A stretch of DNA of 64,000 bases from assembly GCA_937921735.1 (NCBI GenBank), contig CAKZTQ010000015.1, forward strand, positions 28,271 to 92,270, given 5' to 3'. Positions 57,769-64,000 of the stretch are shown piece after piece. Position numbers and translations under genes: made by a program. The DNA is from an uncultured archaeon (lineage in GTDB: Archaea; Hadarchaeota; Hadarchaeia; Hadarchaeales; Hadarchaeaceae). The number at the start of each line of letters is the position of its first letter. Positions within the stretch are counted from its first letter, which is position 1. The notes beneath the pieces are model-generated. The model was not told the DNA's origin and did no database searches. It saw only the letters and a program-made list of their open reading frames with translations.

Positions 57769-59733
57769 TTGTCGCGCATTGGGTATATGCCCCCAAGGGA
57801 GCAACCTCAGAACGAGAAGATGAGAAATGCGGAAAAATACAGGAAGTGGGAAAGCCACGTGAAGAGGGCCCAAGCGAGGGGCCCGCGCAAGTACGGCAAG
57901 TTCTTGGCCTTGGGCTTGGCCTTGGCCATTTCGCTGAGCTTAATCTGGACCTTTAGACCCCAAGAGGGCGCTCGCCTCGGGGAGCTAACCAAGTTCACGT
58001 CGGCGGAAGAATTCCGAGATTATCTCTCAAAAGCTGGCTGGACGATACCGTGGGTCGAACTGTACCTCCTTGCGGGCATTCCCAAGGGCATCCTTGGAGA
58101 GGGCCATGCCCTCATCCCGCCCACTAGGGTCTCCGAGACCACAGTTCAGGTAGCGGGGATAGATGAACCGGATATCGTGAAAACAGATGGGATACATATC
58201 TACTTCTCGCCGAACTCTGGATTTTGGACTTATGCCGTTCAGATTGAGTCCTTCCTCCCACCTTCACCAAAGGTATGGGTGATAAGAGCCTTCCCGCCCT
58301 CTGAGCTCTCGCTGAGGGCGAATATAACAAAGAGCGGGGAGATGCTGCTAATCGATAACATTCTAGTCATCTTCTCGGCCGACGAAATCTGCGGATATGA
58401 TATATCCAACCCCGAGTCGCCTGAGGAGGTCTGGACGATCCAGCTGACCGAGACCTTGGTCTCCGCGAGGCTCTACGAGGGCCATATCTACTTCGTCATC
58501 CGAAGTTACGTCGACCCAACTATCTCCATACCCTTGGTCCCGATGAGGGTAAAAGGGAAGGACTTCGTGGTCGAGGCCACCGACATTTATCATCCCGTCG
58601 ACCCGGTGCCGGTGGACGCCGTTTATACCGCTGCCGTCCTCGATCCGAAGCAAGGAAAGATAGGAAAGAGCTTGTCCTTCGTCGGATTCTCTGGGACCTC
58701 TGTGGTATATATGTCTAAGGAGGCCCTCTACATCACCTACACCTACTACCCCTCCCCCGTACGTGCATACTATGACTTCATAAAGGAGAGGTGCGGCGAC
58801 TTGATCTCGGCCGAAGACATGGCGAGGATCGATAAAATCATGGGATACGACATCAGCGACAGGTCAAAGCTGCTCGAACTGCAGACCATTCTCAGTCCAA
58901 GGATGGGCGAGATCCAGGAAAGGGCAAAAGATTACTTCGCTGAGAGAAAGAGAGAACTCGAGCTGACGGGTATCGTCAAGATCGGGCTCGAGGAATTTGA
59001 GATCAAAGCGCACGGAGAGGTCCCAGGCGCTCCGCTGAACCAGTTTTCGCTCGACGAACGCGAGGGACACCTGCGCATCGCCACCACCATCGAGCCGCCG
59101 CTTTGGATGTTTGGGTTAGGATCGACGGAAAGCGTGAACGACGTCTACGTGTTGGACGGGAGTTTGGAGATCGTGGGGTCGGTGAGGGATCTAGGCAAGA
59201 CGGAAAGGATATACTCGGTGAGGTTCATCGGCGCCAAGGGCTACGTGGTGACCTTCCGCGAGACGGACCCGTTCTACGTCTTGGACCTCTCCGACCCGAA
59301 GGAGCCAAAGCTGAGCGGTGAGCTCAAGATACCTGGCTACTCCTCCTACCTGCACCCGATAAGCGAGGACCTGATCATAGGGATCGGAAAGGAAGAAGAT
59401 AAGGTGAAGATCTCCCTCTTCGACGTCTCCTCCCCCTCGCAACCGCTGGAGGTTGATAAGTACTTGCTCGACGAACCCTGGTCCGACGTGCTACAGACGC
59501 ACCATGCCTTTCTCCTAGACCGTGAGCATGAGGCCTTCTTCCTACCCGCTGGACAGAGGGGATATGTATTCTCCTACGCCGGCAACGAGATCAAGGTCGT
59601 GATGAAGGCAGATGTAGCTGGGGCGAGGAGGGCCGTATACATAGAGGACTTCCTCTACGTGTTGTCAGCAGAGGGCGTGACAGTGTTCGACGAGAAGACA
59701 TGGGAGAAGGTAAACGAGATCGAAATAACCTAG
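57769..59733 (+). CDS. Beta-propeller domain protein (PF09826-like), N-terminally membrane-anchored
   Basis: VRFIGAKGYVVTFRETDPFYVLDLSDPKEPKLSGELKIPGYSSYLHP signature. TM helix near residue 45. Start is TTG 57769 or ATG 57787. Confidence 0.72.
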   Translation: MSRIGYMPPREQPQNEKMRNAEKYRKWESHVKRAQARGPRKYGKFLALGLALAISLSLIWTFRPQEGARLGELTKFTSAEEFRDYLSKAGWTIPWVELYLLAGIPKGILGEGHALIPPTRVSETTVQVAGIDEPDIVKTDGIHIYFSPNSGFWTYAVQIESFLPPSPKVWVIRAFPPSELSLRANITKSGEMLLIDNILVIFSADEICGYDISNPESPEEVWTIQLTETLVSARLYEGHIYFVIRSYVDPTISIPLVPMRVKGKDFVVEATDIYHPVDPVPVDAVYTAAVLDPKQGKIGKSLSFVGFSGTSVVYMSKEALYITYTYYPSPVRAYYDFIKERCGDLISAEDMARIDKIMGYDISDRSKLLELQTILSPRMGEIQERAKDYFAERKRELELTGIVKIGLEEFEIKAHGEVPGAPLNQFSLDEREGHLRIATTIEPPLWMFGLGSTESVNDVYVLDGSLEIVGSVRDLGKTERIYSVRFIGAKGYVVTFRETDPFYVLDLSDPKEPKLSGELKIPGYSSYLHPISEDLIIGIGKEEDKVKISLFDVSSPSQPLEVDKYLLDEPWSDVLQTHHAFLLDREHEAFFLPAGQRGYVFSYAGNEIKVVMKADVAGARRAVYIEDFLYVLSAEGVTVFDEKTWEKVNEIEIT

Positions 59734-59766
59734 CGGTTTGCTCAGCTCGAGTGAGAGCGGCGATGC

Positions 59767-60192
59767 CTAGATATCAACCACCGCTTGTACCATGCACCTA
59801 TCTTTCTCGACCTCGATCCTCATCATGTGATAGGTCATGGCCTTCACCGCCGTTCTCTCCGGATGTCTAGCAGGATCGAAGCGCTCGCCCCAAGCCCTTG
59901 CCTTGAGCTTCAAGCCGCCTGGCGAGCTCAAAAGCTCGACTTCGAACTTCGACAACACGAGCCCTTGCGCGTCGTGGAAGTAGAGAAGTCTGTCGAGCCA
60001 ATCGTAAAGCAGCGCCTGCTCGTCCTCGGCTTCGAGTTCGATCTCCACCCGCTCGCGGGGCTCGACCTCGCTTGTGTCCACCATTATCTCGAAAAGCGCC
60101 AACGCGGCGTTCTCGAACGCTTGAGCTAAGGTCTTCCCATAGGCACGAAAACCGATGTCAGATGGGTGCTCCATCCACTCGAACTTCTTCAT
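59767..60192 (-). CDS. Archease (RtcB activator)
   Basis: FEWMEHPSDIGFRAYGKTLAQAFENAALAL. ATG 60192 is preceded by GGTGA. Confidence 0.9.
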   Translation of the reverse strand: MKKFEWMEHPSDIGFRAYGKTLAQAFENAALALFEIMVDTSEVEPRERVEIELEAEDEQALLYDWLDRLLYFHDAQGLVLSKFEVELLSSPGGLKLKARAWGERFDPARHPERTAVKAMTYHMMRIEVEKDRCMVQAVVDI

Positions 60193-60323
60193 GCGCTCAC
60201 CAATTTCGATCACCCTAATATATTGGTGGAAAAATTTAAATTGGGCTGGCCGGTTTGCGATCGAGCCGGATATAATAGCAATCAGCAACTTGAACGGCGA
60301 CTTGATCTACGAGGTAGAGGGGC

Positions 60324-61226
60324 TCACGGATGATGACCTCGAGGTTGTCGGCCCATCTTGGTCCTCATCGATCGAACTACGTTCATGAACTCCTTAACGC
60401 GCTGGAGGCTGACCGGGTTCTGCGTCACCCCGCCTTCCTTTAAGCTAGTCCCGACTATCGCCCCATCCGCGTACCTCAGGAACTTCACGATGTTGTCCTT
60501 GTTCGCCCCACTTCCGACAAGGACCGGACAATGAGGCACCATCTCCTTGACCGCCTTGACCTCCCGCAGCGAGGGCGGAGCACCCGTCATCTTCCCAGTG
60601 ACGATGACGGCATCGGCGAGGTAGAAGTCCGTCCAGCTGACGTGGGTCTCGAGGTCTATGCCGGGGAACATCACCGCGTGCTTCTTGCAGACGTCGGCAA
60701 AGATCTTGATGTGCCCAGCGCTCAACTCTTTTCTCAGCCTCATTAGGTCGGCCGCCACGCCGTGGTCGAACTCGCCGGTGTCCCAAACTAGGGCGCCTGT
60801 ATAAGCGCAAACCCTGATGAAGCTAGCTCCTGCTGCCAGAGCGATGGAGAGCGTGACCCTTCCGCCGTTGTGGACCACGTTGACGCCGACCGGAACGCCT
60901 ACCGCCTTTGCTACCTCCCTAGCGGCGACCGTCTGCGCTGCGATCTCCTCCACGGGTATGCGCTGCCCGGCGTAGTAGGGAAGGTCCCACATGTTCTCCA
61001 CCATCACTCCATCTACCCCTCCCTCCACGAGCGCTCTCGCGTCGCGCAGGGCTTGATCCACTATCGCGTCCATCCCGTATCCGCCGTAACCCGGAGAGCC
61101 GGGTAGGGGCATCAGGTGCACCATCCCTATGATGGGCTTCCTGACCCCGAAGACCTCCTCGAGGGACTTCAAACGCCTGCCGTATAGCCCCTCGACCCAC
61201 TCGCTCGCCATCGTCTCACTTCGCAT
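60324..61226 (-). CDS. BtpA/SgcQ-family TIM-barrel protein (paralog 1)
   Basis: GMVHLMPLPGSPGY, GVDGVMVEN and VLVGSGANKDN..ADGAIVGT. Confidence 0.8.
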   Translation of the reverse strand: MRSETMASEWVEGLYGRRLKSLEEVFGVRKPIIGMVHLMPLPGSPGYGGYGMDAIVDQALRDARALVEGGVDGVMVENMWDLPYYAGQRIPVEEIAAQTVAAREVAKAVGVPVGVNVVHNGGRVTLSIALAAGASFIRVCAYTGALVWDTGEFDHGVAADLMRLRKELSAGHIKIFADVCKKHAVMFPGIDLETHVSWTDFYLADAVIVTGKMTGAPPSLREVKAVKEMVPHCPVLVGSGANKDNIVKFLRYADGAIVGTSLKEGGVTQNPVSLQRVKEFMNVVRSMRTKMGRQPRGHHP

Positions 61227-61291
61227 TGGAGGGGGTCGCGAAGCTATAAATCCTTAGCGACTAAACGGGGCTTGTCCGAAAAGGCGGTCGG

Positions 61292-62289
61292 ATGAATAAG
61301 CTGATTTTGGCGCTCGGCGACGCCAACGTAGACCTCATAGCCCCAGTTGGGGATTTCCCCGAGGAGGGAGGGGAGGTATTGCTGAGACGGCTAGAATGGC
61401 GAGCTGGAGGCTCCGCCGCGAATTTCTCCGTCGCCATCGCGAGGCTCGGGCGCAACTCTGGGTTCATCGGGCGCGTGGGCGATGATGCCCTCGGTCGCTT
61501 TCTGATGAAAGATTTCAAGAGGGAGAAAGTAGACATCAGCCAGCTTCAAGTCGATCACGAGGTCGGAACTGGCCTAGCGTTTGTGCTCGTCTCGAAAAGG
61601 GGGGAGAGGACAATGTTCGGCTACCGAGGGGCGAACGTTCGCCTCTCAGCCGAGGAGCTCGACCTCGATTATGTTAAAGGAGCAGAGGTCCTGCACGTAT
61701 CCGGATATGCTCTCCTCGAGGATCCCCAGAGAAGGGCCGCCCTTACGGCGATGAGGGCGGCGAAGAAAGCTGGTGTGTTCATCTCCATGGACGTAGGCAT
61801 CCCAGCTGCGCGCGGCGCGAGGGTGTTAAGCTCAAGCCTGAGATCGGTCGACTTGCTTTTCCTGAACGAGCAGGAGGCAGCGTTATTGATGAGGACTAGG
61901 AAGGTAGAGGATGCGGTGGGGCGCATCCTGAAGCTTGGACCGAGTACCGTCGCGCTGAAGAGGGGAAAAGGGGTTGCCTCATCGCAACCGAAGGAGGAAT
62001 GCTCCGCTCACCTGCCTTCCCGATAAGGGCGGTGGACACCACTGGCGCTGGGGATGCGTTCGATGCCGTCTTTGTGTTTGGCATCGTGGAGAGATGGGAG
62101 ATCGAAAAGGCAGCGAGGTTGGCGAACGCAGCGGGAGCCCTCTGCGCTAGGCGAATCGGGGCTCGAACAGGACTGCCGACCATGCAGGAACTAATGGATT
62201 TCCTCAGGCGCTTCGGAGACATCCCCCAGATGACGTCGCCGAGCCTTCAACCTTTAAGCGAACGATCAAAAGTAGATGGGGTTGAATGA
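61292..62289 (+). pseudogene. PfkB/ribokinase-family sugar or nucleoside kinase, interrupted by a 1-nt frameshift
   Basis: The N-terminal 230 aa (GGSAANFSVA) end at a premature stop at 62024-62026. The C-terminal part (AVDTTGAGDAF, catalytic DTTGAGD) continues in another frame. The frames join in the run AGGGGAAAAGGGG at 61961-61973. Confidence 0.65.
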
Positions 62290-62549
62290 GCGCGGTCGAG
62301 ATCGAGATAATCGGGATTGCTGCCGCCATATTGGTCAACGCTGCTTCCATACCTCAAGTGGTCAAAACCGCCACGACCAAGCAGGTAAGGGATCTCTCGC
62401 TTCCGTTTTGGGTGGTGTTGCTCACCGGTGCCCTTCTTTGGACGATCTACGGGACCCTAACCCATAGGATTGCCCTCGTCGCGTCAAGCTTGGTTACCTG
62501 TTGCCTATGCTTCACCATGATAGCCCTGATCCTGAAGTATAGGCGATGA
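62286..62549 (+). CDS. SemiSWEET (PQ-loop/MtN3 half-transporter), 87 aa, 3 TM
   Basis: The PQ motif SIPQVVKTATTKQVRDLS and LLWTIYG match bacterial SemiSWEETs. The start overlaps the kinase stop (ATGA). Confidence 0.82.
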   Translation: MSAVEIEIIGIAAAILVNAASIPQVVKTATTKQVRDLSLPFWVVLLTGALLWTIYGTLTHRIALVASSLVTCCLCFTMIALILKYRR

Positions 62550-62550
62550 G

Positions 62551-63300
62551 ATGAAGAAGCGAATACAACCGCACATCATGTGTGGCCTAGGGGACGTCGC
62601 GAGGTACGTCCTGCTGTCGGGCGATCCCAAAAGGGTGGAAAGAATCGCGACCTTTTTCGACGAGGCGAGAAAGGTAGCGGACTACAGAGGGTTCATAACT
62701 TACACGGGTAAGATCAAGGGAATTGAGATCTCGGCTTGTTCGACGGGCATAGGATGTCCCTCCGCCGCCATTGTCGTGGAGGAGCTGGCTAGGATAGGCG
62801 CCCAAACCTTCATCAGGGTGGGCACGACCGGCGCCCTCCAGCCGGAGATAGAGGTGGGTGACCTGATCATCCCCACTGCCGCGGTGCGCGCAGATGGCGC
62901 GAGCAGGGCATACGTGCCACCTGAGTACCCTGCCGTGGCGGACCTCGACGTGCTCTTCTCACTCGTACAAGCGGCGAAGAAGCTTGGAGTCAAAGCGCAC
63001 GTGGGCAAGGTCGTGAGCACCGACGCATTCTATGCGGGCCAAGTCGAGGCATGGGGGCGAGCAAATGTGCTGTCGGTCGAAATGGAGTGCTCCATCATCT
63101 TCACCCTCGCCTCGCTCAAGGGACTAAGGGCGGGGGCGATCCTAGCCGTGGATGGCAATCTCGCCAAGGGAATAAAGAAGGGAGAGTTCGAGCCGGGCGA
63201 AAGGACCGGGGAGCTCGACGAACGGGTACAAAGAGCGATCGACAAGGAGATCGAGGTCGCCATCGAGGCCGTGAAGATCTTAGAGGAAAGGAGAGCTTAA
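62551..63300 (+). CDS. Nucleoside phosphorylase, PNP/UDP family 1 (uridine phosphorylase-like)
   Basis: LLSGDPKRV, STGIGCPSAAIVVEEL, IRVGTTGAL and SVEMEC motifs. Confidence 0.85.
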   Translation: MKKRIQPHIMCGLGDVARYVLLSGDPKRVERIATFFDEARKVADYRGFITYTGKIKGIEISACSTGIGCPSAAIVVEELARIGAQTFIRVGTTGALQPEIEVGDLIIPTAAVRADGASRAYVPPEYPAVADLDVLFSLVQAAKKLGVKAHVGKVVSTDAFYAGQVEAWGRANVLSVEMECSIIFTLASLKGLRAGAILAVDGNLAKGIKKGEFEPGERTGELDERVQRAIDKEIEVAIEAVKILEERRA

Positions 63301-63302
63301 GC

Positions 63303-64000
63303 TCAACGCCTCAACTTCTTCACTTCGGCCATGAACGCCCTGACGCGCGCGGCGTCCACGGGGTTCTCGACGATACCCCCTTCCTTAAAGGTGGTGCCGA
63401 CTATCGCCCCATCCGCGCTCTCGAGCAACTTCGCTACGTTCTGCCTCGTCGCCCCACTGCCCACGAGCACGGGCTTATCGGGTACCGCGCCCTTGACCTT
63501 TTTGATGTCGTCGAGTTCGGGCGCTTCTCCGGTCCTAGCTCCGGTGATTATGAGGGCATCCGCAAGTCCCCTATAAGCGGCATCCTTGGCGGACTCCTCT
63601 ATCGGCCTAGGGCTTAAAAGCGCGCCGTGCTTGACGTGGACGTCCGCGAAGATCTTGACCCCCTCAGCATCGAGGCGTCGGCGATATCTGATCAACTCCG
63701 GTGCACATGCCTCGATGATGCCTTGGTCGCCTACTATAGCCTCGGTGAAGACGTTCACGCGTATGAACTTGCCGCCAGAGGCGATCGCTATCGCCAGCGC
63801 GGCCTTAGCGTCGTTCCTCAGCACGTTGATGCCAACTGGCACATCGACCGCGTCGACGACTTCCTTGGCTATCGCCGCCATAGCCGTTATCGTCTCGGGG
63901 CCGACGTTCGCCTTAAGGTATGGAGCATCGCCGAAGTTCTCGATGATCAGACCGTCCACCCCGCCTTCTTGTAGGGCCTTGGCATCGCGCATCGCGCGCC
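63303..64000 (-). CDS. BtpA/SgcQ-family TIM-barrel protein (paralog 2), N-terminus beyond the window
   Basis: Collinear with paralog 1 (GVDGLIIEN, VLVGSGATRQN..ADGAIVGT). By alignment with paralog 1, the listed ORF's first Met is internal. Confidence 0.8.
   Translation of the reverse strand, partial: RAMRDAKALQEGGVDGLIIENFGDAPYLKANVGPETITAMAAIAKEVVDAVDVPVGINVLRNDAKAALAIAIASGGKFIRVNVFTEAIVGDQGIIEACAPELIRYRRRLDAEGVKIFADVHVKHGALLSPRPIEESAKDAAYRGLADALIITGARTGEAPELDDIKKVKGAVPDKPVLVGSGATRQNVAKLLESADGAIVGTTFKEGGIVENPVDAARVRAFMAEVKKLRR

Noticed and set aside
60451-60471. 21-nt stretch identical to 63397-63417, considered as a possible mobile-element repeat or gene-conversion tract
   Set aside because: Both copies encode the conserved ADGAIVGT motif of the two BtpA paralogs in the same frame. 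Paralogy explains it, and the flanking DNA diverges immediately.
61961-61973. Programmed -1 ribosomal frameshift in the PfkB kinase
   Set aside because: There is no X-XXY-YYZ slippery heptamer compatible with the required shift, and no obvious downstream stimulatory structure. A homopolymer indel (error or mutation) is the simpler explanation.
1-64000. CRISPR arrays, rRNA genes, transposases, integrases and toxin-antitoxin pairs
   Set aside because: I looked for spaced direct repeats, rRNA-like conserved strings and the hallmark protein motifs in all listed ORFs and found none. The only repeat structures are the 18-bp tandem repeat at 34097-34132 and the short inverted repeats reported above.

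Overview
The window is an archaeal chromosomal segment with moderately high G+C and dense, often overlapping genes (TGATG/ATGA stop-start junctions). I found no rRNA, CRISPR array, transposase or integrase. About 22 kb of the minus strand (35.3-57.4 kb) is the conserved ribosomal-protein supercluster. It runs L3-L4-L23-L2-S19-L22-S3-L29-SUI1-Rpp29-S17-L14-L24-S4e-L5-S14-S8-L6-L32e-L19e-L18-S5-L30-L15-SecY-Adk-DUF106-L34e-Cmk-L14e-Cbf5-tRNASer-S13-S4-S11-(M50 protease)-RpoD-tRNALeu, and RtcB and a SPOUT gene sit upstream of it. The first 15 kb of the plus strand is an information-processing superoperon. It carries the Kae1 3' end, Bud32, ITPase, S15, two RecJ/Cdc45-like DHH proteins, Clp1 kinase, Pcc1, a methanogen-type SerRS, S3Ae, GlmM and a GlmU-like gene, L15e and Pop5. 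The accessory content is:
- an Opp/Dpp ABC transporter;
- a tightly coupled five-gene operon of membrane-anchored extracellular phosphoesterases/nucleases that ends in a large protein built from duplicated modules (the strongest candidate for an undescribed system);
- a TrkA-N-DHH fusion protein;
- a lower-GC islet next to tRNA-Leu, with an orphan gene and an archaeal ATPase preceded by a perfect 18-bp tandem repeat;
- a nucleoside/sugar cluster at the 3' end, with two BtpA paralogs, a frameshifted PfkB kinase, a SemiSWEET and a nucleoside phosphorylase.
All functional calls rest on motif recognition by eye in the supplied translations. No database search was run.
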